Assembly (NCBI GenBank): GCA_030600725.1
Contig: JAUVLN010000001.1
Location: 1-29,797, forward strand
DNA from: Thermoplasmatota archaeon
Lineage (GTDB): Archaea; Thermoplasmatota; Penumbrarchaeia; Penumbrarchaeales; Penumbrarchaeaceae
Length of the DNA stretch: 29,797 bases
Direction: 5' to 3'
The translations under genes were made by a program, and so were the position numbers. Below the pieces are notes generated by a model that saw only the letters and a list, made by a program, of their open reading frames with translations, did not search any database and was not told where the DNA came from. How positions within the stretch are numbered: the stretch's first letter is position 1; each line of letters opens with the position of its first letter. Shown here in pieces: positions 8,501 to 17,114 of the stretch.

Positions 8501-10102
8501 CAGGGGATATCCGGCCTCTGCGACCCAGTCCTGTGAGACGATCACATCCTCCCCAGGTTCGACCCTGAGGTCGGATACCTTGCCGACGGCCTTCTGATTC
8601 AGGAAATCCTGCGTCGAGATGCGGAACTCCACGGAGACCGTGGCACCGACCGTCCCATTGTTCAGCACATTCAGGCTGATCCGAACGTTCTCACCCTCGA
8701 AGGGAGCGGGATCGTTGAGTTCTATGGAATGGACCCTTAGATCGGGCGATCCTATTGCGATGACCTTTCCGTCGTTCATAAGGTTCTTCCTTGAGATGAA
8801 TACCCGCCCCATCCCGACGGCCAGTGTGGAGTCGATCTTCGACCCGATGTTCCTCTTCCAGATGATCCGGTCCTCGTCCGCGATGTTCAGGGTTGTGGTG
8901 GATATGCAGTAAACCTTGTGCTCCCTGTTGCCAAAGAGCAGAACACCGTCGCCGATGATGGGCGATGAGCCGGATAGCTCCCCCGTCGTGTTGAACCTCC
9001 AGAGGAGTGAGCCGTCCGCTGAGTCAAGGGCATATGCGGATCCCCCGACGTATTCGTTGTACTGGCCCCAAGCCCTCTTCGTTGTCAGGTATATCGTGCC
9101 ATCGTGATAGGACGGGCACGAGGATATCTTGGGTGGGGCACCGGACCCCACATCCACAGACCATACGTCCGCTCCTGTCAGGGCGTCGAGGCAGAAGAGC
9201 GTCCCGGTCGCGTTTCCGTAGAAAACGTTGCCCTCGGCAAGGAGGGAGTGACCCTGTATCGTCGTTCCGGGGTCCTCCTTCATCCAGAGGATATCCGTAT
9301 TACCTATGGATTTGTTGGCCTCCCCGGCATAACCCTGGTCCCCGTCGAAGAAACCGTCGCTGTCCAGGCAGTAGAATGTCCCCCACCCGTCTGCGACGTA
9401 TAGCCTCCCGTCGTGGAACGCTGGATTCATCTGGAAACCCCAGAAGTTCTCCTGACCCCCCATGATGAGGGTCCAGTTCACGGAGCCGTTGTTGGCGTTC
9501 AATGCGTAGAAAGTGCTGTTGATCAGGTTTGATGTCCCCACGAAAACCTTCCCGTCGGCCACCATCGGCGTGGAGCGGATCGAATCCGCGTGAAGATTCG
9601 CATCCCAGAGCCTCGTGTTCGTGTCGATGTCGACGGCGTAGAAGTGGCCGTTGTCCGCACCGAAGTAGATCACTCCGTCCCTGGCCGTTCCTCCAACAGA
9701 TATATGGTAATTGCCAATGTAATGGTCCCAGACCACCTCCCCGTTATCCGGATCCAGCCCCCTCATGTGGCCGTCGCCCGATCCGATGAAAACCATCGAA
9801 TCGTACAGGATGGGAGAATCGAACTCCTTCAGTCCAGGAATATCGGTGGTCCACAGGGTGGTATTGTCCGAGGGGATCAGCGAGGGAGTATAACCCGTGT
9901 GGTTCTCATCGCCCATGTACATTGGCCATGAATCTCCGTCCTGGGACGCCTCCCTTGTCGGAGCGGAGAACCGGGTGATTTCGATATCGCCCTCGATACC
10001 GGAGGCCGCGGAGGGCGTGAAAATCACCATTGACGAGGCCAGCATCATGAGAACGGCCAGCGTTGAGATATATCTGATTATAACCTTTCTGTTCACGATC
10101 AT
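5597..10102 (-). CDS. Large membrane-anchored surface protein with PQQ-like beta-propeller repeats, CARDB/PKD Ig-like domains, C-terminal TM helix, Zn ribbon and acidic tail
   Basis: Signal peptide (RKVIIRYISTLAVLMMLASSMV); WPMYMGDENHTG and repeated ALDA..G..LW..G..SSP propeller blades; PKD motifs (LNGSLSYDGDGDHLTYSW, FDASGTVDPDGDELTFIWDFDD); TM helix; CPEC..CDDC. Start is ATG 10102 or GTG 10096 after GGAGTG. Confidence 0.85.
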   Translation of the reverse strand: MIVNRKVIIRYISTLAVLMMLASSMVIFTPSAASGIEGDIEITRFSAPTREASQDGDSWPMYMGDENHTGYTPSLIPSDNTTLWTTDIPGLKEFDSPILYDSMVFIGSGDGHMRGLDPDNGEVVWDHYIGNYHISVGGTARDGVIYFGADNGHFYAVDIDTNTRLWDANLHADSIRSTPMVADGKVFVGTSNLINSTFYALNANNGSVNWTLIMGGQENFWGFQMNPAFHDGRLYVADGWGTFYCLDSDGFFDGDQGYAGEANKSIGNTDILWMKEDPGTTIQGHSLLAEGNVFYGNATGTLFCLDALTGADVWSVDVGSGAPPKISSCPSYHDGTIYLTTKRAWGQYNEYVGGSAYALDSADGSLLWRFNTTGELSGSSPIIGDGVLLFGNREHKVYCISTTTLNIADEDRIIWKRNIGSKIDSTLAVGMGRVFISRKNLMNDGKVIAIGSPDLRVHSIELNDPAPFEGENVRISLNVLNNGTVGATVSVEFRISTQDFLNQKAVGKVSDLRVEPGEDVIVSQDWVAEAGYPLIVGRIIEAAPKDKVTPTEDNIDSIEIYVRPILTGFWTSAGGGPGRTGWSQGELQSNRTYWSYDLEGEWSDPVEPLWLDSLAGSGTSSAVGSALFFTTPQGDLTALNTSTDDNGGTGRLWTYTNASSNLIGRPALHMENEQSWAFANKVFAIGDDQALWAFDWIGFRDGVNDGAYQEEEDTRMSAGDVLWRKPLPAPAAAPIMIAGGNVIVITSDGNMTAYDDDDGMARWKVAVGTEHCPIAASLGEIYIADDDMIKIIDANNGSLIHTMELSAIFSDDILSLSYVNGKLIAVSSMVVAVLDSNPDDNEDGIVDAEDTDEGAPDNITGVDLIWTSPLPYDMIAPPAVSEAASVISMQVDGRILFMYLNNGTIISNISMPLEPITRAISGGSSFYTIVGADPWIVTSYSPDGSGGYEMRWTLPLDARPRGEPSISKKHMIISLSGGTLLSIGDRNLAPVAVISSPGEALMAFPEETITLNGSLSYDGDGDHLTYSWYIEGEEAPIYEGPDALTEVTLDGVGTKKLTLRVFDEMRASGEASVNVTLLKRVVEEFTDFYNGIIVKMSFGISEPNGRGMVDITIPEMPPEAPGAIFVCHLEFTPLPTYASYLFEWINVTMGHAGKEFPIRMHEDLIKVYRYHDGIWDAPPASGGVLVEEAGYGNFSELTAGYYAVGIMDNNAPNLRHRPESDVREADSNAGMEFRVEYKDADGEDPIWVRLVIDGGEPIGLSSEGIVDPIRYSFYGSSPVDLDPGSHTYYFEADDGHFIARTADFSLIVENSEPVISVKGPETNVIVGSEILFDASGTVDPDGDELTFIWDFDDRDGLQREYVGEKASYSYKITGVYIVTLRVSDGTVTVNHTMTITVVPGSDPPPPEISTGLIILVGLVLLLFITVVVFLVLSRKGSEEIEMIDKDLDVWSCPECGSVIRGGLDECDDCGYLYDPLDFRGSLKDEVLDDFEEGELEELLEE

Positions 10103-10187
10103 CACTCCACGATATAGGGTGATTAGCAACAAAATTCTATTTATATAAACGTTGTGTAAAGTCATTCGTTCATGCACATGGGATGAT

Positions 10188-11420
10188 TCATATCTCGTAC
10201 GTATCATCCGTTGTCGGGACCAGGACCTCTGTGAACGTCGAGATGGCGTCTGCAAGCGGCGTTCTATCGTCCCCGTGTATCAGGATAACTTTCTCCGCAC
10301 CCGTTTCCTGGGCGAACTGGGTGAGCTGTTGGTGCCCCGCGTGTGCGGAGAAATCAAAATGGACCACCTCGCAGTCCACTTTCTCGACAACCCCTGCGAT
10401 CTCGATGGAACCCGTCTCCATCAGCATCCTTCCGTTGGTGTCATCCACCTGATATCCCGTGAGGAGGATGCCGCTTCTCGGATCCTTCCTCCTGTTTCCG
10501 ATGTAATCAAGTACGGGCCCACCGTCCAGCATGCCCGATGTTGTTACGACTATCGGGGCCTCCCTGGCCTTTATCCTGTGTCCCGGGTTCTTGACGAACT
10601 TTATCGATCTCAGGGCGTGGATAAGGGATTTGGGGTCCCTCAGGAATCCGGGGTTCTCGAGGTAGAGTTTCGAAACCCTTGTCCCCATTCCGTGGAGCCA
10701 CTTCTCCTTCCGCAGGGGTGAGATGATCTGTATCACCTCCTGGGTCCTTCCGACGGCGAAGGCGGGGATGATCACCTTGCCTCCCCTTTCAAGGATCTCC
10801 TCTATCTTTCTCAGGAAGTCGTATTCCACCTTCTCCCTGTCGGGATGGGGGCGCCCGGAGTAGGTCGACTCCATTATCAGGACGTCGCATTCCGGGGCCG
10901 TTGCCCCGGTCTGGAGCCTCGTATCGACCGTGTTGATGTCCCCGGTGAACAGAACATCCTTTCCGGACCCATCGTTGAACATGTACATCGTGGACCCGGG
11001 GATGTGGCCGGCATCGTATGCCGTGACCGAGAATGGGCCTACTCGTATTGTCTGCCCGTATTCGATGTAGTTGAACGAGTCCTTGAACCTTCTCACGTCG
11101 AACTGATCGTACGGAAGGGTGTAGCCCTCGATCTTGGCGATCTTGATAGTGTCCATCAGGAGGATCAATGCGGTCTCGAGCGTTAGCCGTGTCCCGTACA
11201 CCCTCGCCCCGTATTCGCCGCAGACCCATGGGGCCATCCCGATGTGATCGAGGTGGGAATGGGTAAGGAAAAGGGCATCCGAGGGTTTCACCTTTCTCGG
11301 GAACTTCGGTGGCTTGGATGGGGTGAGGCCGTAGTCGAAAAGAATCCTCGTCTCCTTCGATTCGGCGGTTATACCAAGGCTGCCTATCTCCTCCACTCCT
11401 CCCGAGAAACCAATGATCAT
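10188..11420 (-). CDS. Metallo-beta-lactamase / beta-CASP ribonuclease (archaeal aCPSF2-like)
   Basis: [50 protein letters not shown] and IHGD motifs; no N-terminal KH domains. Confidence 0.9.
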   Translation of the reverse strand: MIIGFSGGVEEIGSLGITAESKETRILFDYGLTPSKPPKFPRKVKPSDALFLTHSHLDHIGMAPWVCGEYGARVYGTRLTLETALILLMDTIKIAKIEGYTLPYDQFDVRRFKDSFNYIEYGQTIRVGPFSVTAYDAGHIPGSTMYMFNDGSGKDVLFTGDINTVDTRLQTGATAPECDVLIMESTYSGRPHPDREKVEYDFLRKIEEILERGGKVIIPAFAVGRTQEVIQIISPLRKEKWLHGMGTRVSKLYLENPGFLRDPKSLIHALRSIKFVKNPGHRIKAREAPIVVTTSGMLDGGPVLDYIGNRRKDPRSGILLTGYQVDDTNGRMLMETGSIEIAGVVEKVDCEVVHFDFSAHAGHQQLTQFAQETGAEKVILIHGDDRTPLADAISTFTEVLVPTTDDTYEI

Positions 11421-11564
11421 CTGTGCACTTCCAGGCCAGCCCAGTCCGTAACTGTTATAATAGCTTTATTCCATGTTTTCCGTGTTGATCTCATATGGCC
11501 CTATCTACAAACATTTATTAACAACTTGATTATAGGGGAATTTCACAACGGCAGGTTGACCATT

Positions 11565-11756
11565 ATGATAATACCGGTAAGATGTTTCACATGCGGCAAG
11601 GTCATAGGCCAGCTATATGACGAGTACAGCCTCAGGGTCAAGGGAGGGGAGGATCCAAAAAAGGTCCTCGACGAACTGGGTCTGGAGAGGTACTGCTGCA
11701 GGCGCATGTTCCTGACACACGTCGACCTTATCGACCAGATCATGCCCTATTCCTGA
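11565..11756 (+). CDS. rpoN: DNA-directed RNA polymerase subunit N (Rpo10)
   Basis: [14 protein letters not shown]...[23 protein letters not shown]. Confidence 0.98.
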   Translation: MIIPVRCFTCGKVIGQLYDEYSLRVKGGEDPKKVLDELGLERYCCRRMFLTHVDLIDQIMPYS

Positions 11757-11885
11757 TCACGATCATAAAGGAAACGTGGGATAGTTGGACCTAACTGAGC
11801 AATCTTCTCGCTCAAGGAAAGGATACAAACTTACCTGCGTTCCGCAGGGGCTTATTGCCTCACTCCATTCGCCAACAAGCCAATT

Positions 11886-11960
11886 GGGGCCGTAGGGTAG
11901 CTTGGTCCATCCTTGTGCCTTGGGGTGGCATAGACTCGAATTCAAATTTCGACGGCCCCA
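11886..11960 (+). tRNA. tRNA-Pro(GGG)
   Basis: Acceptor stem GGGGCCG/CGGCCCC plus A73; D-arm GGGT..TCCT; anticodon arm GTGCC-TTGGGGT-GGCAT; T-arm TCGAA-TTCAAAT-TTCGA. Position after rpoN is typical of archaea. No encoded CCA. Confidence 0.95.
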
Positions 11961-12171
11961 CTACTTCTTCTCATCAATCTTTAATTCGAAGTGGTCCCCG
12001 TCATGGAAATTTGAATTTAAATCTTTCAAGCCCGGAGATTTGATAAACTATAAGTATTAAGCTGTTTCTGGGTTGCCTGGAGATATCGATTTGGCCTATT
12101 CACGAAGACCCAGCAATCGGAGGCGTGGCGATAGACCTCGAATGGATAAGAAATCGACACAGAGGACCCCG

Positions 12172-12411
12172 ATGTTGAACATACATCGTATTGGCTATTT
12201 CAAGTACGATATCAAGGAGCTGATGGCCAGATCGGATATGGAGGAGGATCTGATCGCATCCTTCATTGCCACCCTGACCGCAAAGGCCTCTCGCATGTCG
12301 ATCAAGGATGCAAGGGATTACATAAGGGAGGTGGAGGAGAGGGAGTCCTTCTCCAAGGAAACCGCCGACAGGCTCTGCGCCCTTCTCGACCGGTACTCCA
12401 AGTACAGATGA
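12172..12411 (+). CDS. Small helical hypothetical protein
   Basis: MLNIHRIGYFKYDIKE...LLDRYSKYR; ATG 12172 has GAGG upstream (alternative starts 12142 and 12073). Confidence 0.7.
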   Translation: MLNIHRIGYFKYDIKELMARSDMEEDLIASFIATLTAKASRMSIKDARDYIREVEERESFSKETADRLCALLDRYSKYR

Positions 12412-12547
12412 TGTGCCCCTGTACCGTTCTTTCGCCATAGTTTCATTTTACCCGGGGAAAATTATATATCCCAATAAACCAACTTTACACCCGGTGTCGT
12501 TAATTCGACGGATTGTGATGAGATACACGAAACCCTGAAGAGGAGGA

Positions 12548-12976
12548 ATGATCATGTATGCTCTCGAGATACTGGAGATCCTAAGTGACAAATACTCGCT
12601 TAAGATAGTCCAATCATTATCGGTAGATCCCAGTACCATACCCCAGCTGAGCAGGAAGCTGGATATCCCAATGGCAGCATGCTACAGGAGGGTGAACACG
12701 CTCCTGAACGAGGGGCTCATACAGGAGGACGGGGTCAACCCTCGGACGAGGAGGAAGTCCGTTATCTACAGCACCAACATATTCAAGCTGGACATATCCT
12801 TCGGCTCGGGCAAGCTGTTCATAATCACGTATTTCAAGGACAATACAAGACTTGGAAAGGTCATCGACCTCCGGAGCGAGCCGTACGAGGAGCAGATCAT
12901 CCAGGAGGATCTGATCCACACGATGAAAAGGGATCCGGGGGGCGTCACCATAAGCCGGGAGAACCCCCTACTCTGA
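12548..12976 (+). CDS. Winged-helix transcriptional regulator (ArsR/HTH-like)
   Basis: ILSDKYSLKIV...TIPQLSRKLDIPMAACYRRVNTLLNEGLI...Y; SD GAGGAGG. Confidence 0.8.
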   Translation: MIMYALEILEILSDKYSLKIVQSLSVDPSTIPQLSRKLDIPMAACYRRVNTLLNEGLIQEDGVNPRTRRKSVIYSTNIFKLDISFGSGKLFIITYFKDNTRLGKVIDLRSEPYEEQIIQEDLIHTMKRDPGGVTISRENPLL

Positions 12977-13064
12977 TCCGATCCCGATTATCTTTCATGG
13001 ATCGGTCATCTTTCACATATTCGATGTAATACTTTATCTCAGAGAATTGCACTATGCCCAAAAG

Positions 13065-13592
13065 ATGCCCAGGTATTGCCCCAGGTGTTCGGCCTTTCTG
13101 AGGGACCCGAACGTGAGCATCTGCGACAGATGCGGAGGAATGATCCACGAGGAACTGGAGAGAAAGGAGAGGGTCCAGTCCGCCCTTGTTAGAAAGAGCC
13201 TTCTTGTCAAGGGGCCCTTCTATCCTGTCACCGGTATGAAATGCCCGAAATGCGGGGAGAACGTGGAGGTGCTCTCGAAGGATACCGAGGAGTTCCAGAT
13301 CAAAGGCTCCAAGACGGGCAACGGGCCGGCCGGTGAGGAGTTCGCCCTCTTTCGCGCGAGGATATCCTTTCAGAAATGGAGATGCCAAAAAGGGCACATG
13401 TTCTTCTCACAGTACGATGTTGAGTGGAAGGAGCTCTGCCCCAGATGCAGGAAACCCAACACCCCCTACGGCGACATCGTACGATCCTGTGCTACCTGCG
13501 GCATAATGGTGCCCAACGACCTTTACAGAAAAAAGGACCCGCTGGTCCTGATGGAAGAGAGGGGCTACATCTACGCTCCGGACCTCAGATGA
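13065..13592 (+). CDS. Multi-Zn-ribbon protein
   Basis: Five CxxC motifs (CPRC, CDRC, CPKC, CPRC, CATC) plus CQKGH; start ATG 13065 or TTG 13047. Confidence 0.75.
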   Translation: MPRYCPRCSAFLRDPNVSICDRCGGMIHEELERKERVQSALVRKSLLVKGPFYPVTGMKCPKCGENVEVLSKDTEEFQIKGSKTGNGPAGEEFALFRARISFQKWRCQKGHMFFSQYDVEWKELCPRCRKPNTPYGDIVRSCATCGIMVPNDLYRKKDPLVLMEERGYIYAPDLR

Positions 13593-14201
13593 TCAGAGCG
13601 CCGTAAGGATGGCCCGGTCAGCATCATCCAGCGTTGATATCCCGGACCACTCCCCTTCAGGAGATCCCTCGATCTCACCCACAGATACGAGGGACAGCTT
13701 TCCGGATCCGGGATCCCATATCGGGCGGGGGCCATCAATGATCTCATATCCCACGCCCATCTCTCCGGCTATGCGCCTTAAGGAATCCACGATTGACAGC
13801 TTCTTTTTTATAGTCCCCCTTGGCAGACGCCCGTTCAGGGACAGGACATCTTCTCCCCTCCTTGCCACAAGTACAAGCTCCACACTGACAAGGTTTCCAT
13901 CCAGTGCCTCGGAGACAAGGTCCCTGGCGATCTCGAATTCGGATATCAACTCCCTTGCCAGATCCGTCAATTCCGTCCTGCCCCCTTGCGCCCCTCCCCT
14001 GTGAGATACCACCAACGGGCGGCCCATCTCCTCCTCGAGATGCTTGATAACGCCCCAGGCGTATCTGTAGGACATCGACATGGCGGAGGCGGCCCCGGAC
14101 AGGGAACCCTTCTCATCGATGAGCCTGAGCAGGTCGTATCTCCCCTCCCCGATGACCGTTTTGCCCTTCCTTCCTACGGTTACCTTCGCCCTGGCATCCA
14201 T
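13593..14201 (-). CDS. ModE-family winged-helix regulator with a degenerate Nudix-like C-terminal domain
   Basis: IGEGRYDLLRLIDEKGSLSGAASAMSMSYRYAWGVIKHLE...LV.SHRGGAQGGRTELT is the ModE N-terminal domain. No Mop/TOBE domain. C-terminus contains RLPRGTIKKKLSIVDSLRRIAGEMGV. ATG at 14201. Confidence 0.85.
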   Translation of the reverse strand: MDARAKVTVGRKGKTVIGEGRYDLLRLIDEKGSLSGAASAMSMSYRYAWGVIKHLEEEMGRPLVVSHRGGAQGGRTELTDLARELISEFEIARDLVSEALDGNLVSVELVLVARRGEDVLSLNGRLPRGTIKKKLSIVDSLRRIAGEMGVGYEIIDGPRPIWDPGSGKLSLVSVGEIEGSPEGEWSGISTLDDADRAILTAL

Positions 14202-14234
14202 ATAACCCCATGCCCAGCTAATTATAAGTAACCG

Positions 14235-14262
14235 ACCGATATACCCGAACAAGCATATCGGT
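14235..14262. promoter_or_regulatory. ModE-type operator, just downstream of a TATA box (ATTATAAG, 14221-14228)
   Basis: ACCGATAT-N12-ATATCGGT is a perfect 8-bp inverted repeat, 28 nt in total, in register with the bacterial ModE consensus ATCGNTATATA-N6-TATATANCGAT. Confidence 0.75.
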
Positions 14263-14270
14263 GGGTCCAT

Positions 14271-14915
14271 TTGAAAGATGGCAAGAAGGTAATGGGAAAA
14301 AACATCAAAAAGGTCAGGAGGGCCGTGATCGGCCCCCCTCTGACGCCGATGGTGATCGTCTATCTCTCCCTGTTCGCTGCGATCGGGATGGCCGTAAAGC
14401 AGATAGCGTATCCATTGGCGGCTGTTGCGGCCGCTCCGCTCCTCCTCCCGGTGTCCCCGCTCGTGGCAGGGGCGTATATGATGTGGCTGGTTGCTGGTCG
14501 GGCCATAACCGGCTACAGGTGGAGCGGGACCTTCATGGGGGCGGTACAGGCTTTCGCAGCTTTCCTGCTCATCTTCGGCAGGCACGGTGCATTCAACTTC
14601 CCACTCTATATCGCCACGGGATTGACGGTGGATATCGCATTCATCGTGATGGGCCCGCTGTCAAGGACCATGATCGGTCATGTCGCCGCGACCGCGGTCT
14701 CCTCGGTCGTCGGCACACTTATGGTGGTGGGAGTCGAGCTGGAACTGGGGAACGAGCTGGTCATCGCCTCGGGGCTGATAGCGCTGGGCGGCGGGACGAT
14801 CGGCGGTTTCGCAGCCTATCAAGTGATCACACTCCACGAACGCGTACTTGGGGACAGATATTCGATATCGAAAGATCGTAGGACATTTGCAGAGGGAAAT
14901 AGGGAGGTGACCTGA
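14271..14915 (+). CDS. Probable ECF transporter substrate-specific S component
   Basis: About 200 aa with ~6 hydrophobic helices; AxxxA (AIGMA) in helix 1; same operon as the EcfA-A' and EcfT genes. Start TTG 14271 or ATG 14292. Confidence 0.65.
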   Translation: MKDGKKVMGKNIKKVRRAVIGPPLTPMVIVYLSLFAAIGMAVKQIAYPLAAVAAAPLLLPVSPLVAGAYMMWLVAGRAITGYRWSGTFMGAVQAFAAFLLIFGRHGAFNFPLYIATGLTVDIAFIVMGPLSRTMIGHVAATAVSSVVGTLMVVGVELELGNELVIASGLIALGGGTIGGFAAYQVITLHERVLGDRYSISKDRRTFAEGNREVT

Positions 14916-17114
14916 TTGGTCGAAGATGAATTATCAGAGGAAGAAACCGATAATATACAGGCGACGGAAGAGGAGAACGACGGGGAGATCAAGGAGGACC
15001 TCACCATTCAGGGAGGGGCTTCCCCCTCCGAGGGCCGGGGAGGGAGCCGGATCGCCATCGTCCTGATCTCACTTATGCTCGTGGTCGCCGGCGGCATTGC
15101 CGGGGTTGTTCTGCTAGGCAAGAACCTGGATGATGGCCCGGACGAAATGGATGATACAGAGCCGGAGATCGACATCATTTCGGAGGATGTCGGATACGAC
15201 GGAATACCCTTCAGCTTCGTTGCAGGGGTGACCGGAATGGATCCGGGTGACATGGTAATATCCTGGGATTTCGGGGACGGACAGACAAACGCGGGAACCA
15301 ATGTGGAACACATCTTCGAGGAGACCGGCATATTCACCGTCACGCTGACCATAGAGGACGATGGAGAGGTGGTCCTGCAAACAACGAAGCTGGTGACGGT
15401 TGCACCCGCATCCGGGCCTGCGGAGGGGCTCCTGCCCGACGGGCGCATCCCTGATTGGAACATCGAGTTCACCGGCGACTGCGGTGAGGGAACACTCGCA
15501 CTGCTGGATATCGTAACCAATCCGGATATGATCATGGAGATCAATATCACCCTGAACGGCCAGGAGAGGAGCTTTGTCGGCGTCGAGCTGATGGAGGTCT
15601 TCAACCTGGCGGGGATCAGGTTCGATGCTGATGATTTCACGGTCATCGGTGATTCCACTTACGCCTCCGATGTATTTACAACACTGAGCCTGCCCTTCAA
15701 CGGGGGAAACTCAACCTACCTAATTCTCACCGAGAATGATAGATGGCTTTCAAATACCGATCTGAACAGCACCTACATGCTCATCGGCCCCGGAGGTGAG
15801 GTGGTGACCAACGTACACACCGTCGATATCGACCCCTTCCATCTTGTGATAACCGGCCAGGGCATCCCCGAGGATATCTCGTTGACCATCGACCGGATCC
15901 ACGAGCTTTTCGAGCTCACCGATTACAACGTATCCGACGGGAGGGAGATGTACCGTTTCTCCGGATATCCCCTGTGGCCGATCCTCGAATACGCCTCGAT
16001 ACTGAGGAACGCCACCGAGGTCTCATTCAAAGCGCTGGACGGATACACCGTGGATTTCCCGGTGAACTACATCCACGACAACCCCGAGAGCGATGATCCC
16101 TTTTTCCTCTCGATCAGCGAGGATGGGGTATTTCACGACCGCCTGAAAGGGCCTTACATGCTCGTCACGCCGGATGCGGATTACCTGGATAACCCCGCCC
16201 AGCCCTGGTACAAGCAGTTCTGGGTGAAGCAGGTATCGAGCATCATAGTGGATGCCGACGACGGCCCCGCACCCGACCTTCCCTGGGGCGAGCCCGAGGA
16301 AGCGGCGCTCAACATCACCTGGGATGGTGGCTCATATTCATTCACCTCCTCCGAACTTGCATCGTATTTCGATCTACTCGTTACGGCGGAATGCACCAAG
16401 GTTAAGAGGACGGGGACCACGATAACCGACGTTTACACCGGAATCCCCGTATTTGATCTGCTTGAACTTGCCGGGGCGCCAGCGGTGTACGGGGGGCTCA
16501 CCTTCATCTCATCCGACGGATACGCCAAGACCGCAGATCCCTGGGAGATATATCAGGGAGAGCTTGCAGGTAATGTGACCATGGTTGCCCTTACAGAAGG
16601 GGGGGAGTGGATATCGGAGGAGGACGGAGGCCTGATGATCGCTGGCTCCCCCCTTGCAAGCAAATACTGGGTATCCATGCTATCCGAGATTCATCTGGAG
16701 GAGTGGTCCCTGGAGGTCAACGATGAGGCGATCACCCTGGGCGATCTGAAGTATTCAGGCTACACCTACTCCGGAAACGCCTCGAAGCTGAGGGACGACA
16801 ACACGACGACCAATGTAACGGCAAAGGGTACGATCGTGTACGATCTCCTGGGCTCATATCTCAACCTCACCGGGATGAACAACATGACCTTCTTTTCAGT
16901 GGATGGATCGAACATCACCATCTCCCTGGATGACCTGAAGGACCGGAAGGCCTGGAATGTCTCCGCATTCCTGGCCTGGGAGGTGGATGGTGAAACCCTC
17001 TACTACCACAGCGGCCTGCTGAGGTTGGTCCTGCCCGATGAGATGATCGATGGTGACGACTGGACGGCAGACATGTGGCTTTCAGGCGTATACCGGATCG
17101 AGGTGACCCCTTGA
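14916..17114 (+). CDS. Membrane-anchored protein: PKD domain plus four tandem molybdopterin-oxidoreductase (sulfite-oxidase-fold) like domains
   Basis: N-terminal TM helix; PKD motif ISWDFGDGQ...VEHIFEETGIFTVTLT; four repeats of [FY]xG..L..LL...F.[AS].DGY......G...L..P...W[VL]..V..I.V. Confidence 0.75.
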   Translation: MVEDELSEEETDNIQATEEENDGEIKEDLTIQGGASPSEGRGGSRIAIVLISLMLVVAGGIAGVVLLGKNLDDGPDEMDDTEPEIDIISEDVGYDGIPFSFVAGVTGMDPGDMVISWDFGDGQTNAGTNVEHIFEETGIFTVTLTIEDDGEVVLQTTKLVTVAPASGPAEGLLPDGRIPDWNIEFTGDCGEGTLALLDIVTNPDMIMEINITLNGQERSFVGVELMEVFNLAGIRFDADDFTVIGDSTYASDVFTTLSLPFNGGNSTYLILTENDRWLSNTDLNSTYMLIGPGGEVVTNVHTVDIDPFHLVITGQGIPEDISLTIDRIHELFELTDYNVSDGREMYRFSGYPLWPILEYASILRNATEVSFKALDGYTVDFPVNYIHDNPESDDPFFLSISEDGVFHDRLKGPYMLVTPDADYLDNPAQPWYKQFWVKQVSSIIVDADDGPAPDLPWGEPEEAALNITWDGGSYSFTSSELASYFDLLVTAECTKVKRTGTTITDVYTGIPVFDLLELAGAPAVYGGLTFISSDGYAKTADPWEIYQGELAGNVTMVALTEGGEWISEEDGGLMIAGSPLASKYWVSMLSEIHLEEWSLEVNDEAITLGDLKYSGYTYSGNASKLRDDNTTTNVTAKGTIVYDLLGSYLNLTGMNNMTFFSVDGSNITISLDDLKDRKAWNVSAFLAWEVDGETLYYHSGLLRLVLPDEMIDGDDWTADMWLSGVYRIEVTP

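Noticed and set aside
10103-10255. ORF-track N-terminal extension of the 1552-aa protein
   Set aside because: It overlaps the beta-CASP gene end and an AT-rich promoter-like spacer; the signal peptide and SD point to 10102/10096.
11244-11564. 170-aa ORF-track version of RpoN
   Set aside because: The upstream part is antisense to the beta-CASP gene; Rpo10 is about 63 aa and starts at ATG 11565.
14202-14585. ORF-track extension of the ModE-like protein to 330 aa
   Set aside because: It runs antisense through the S-component gene and the operator; the ModE domain begins at ATG 14201.
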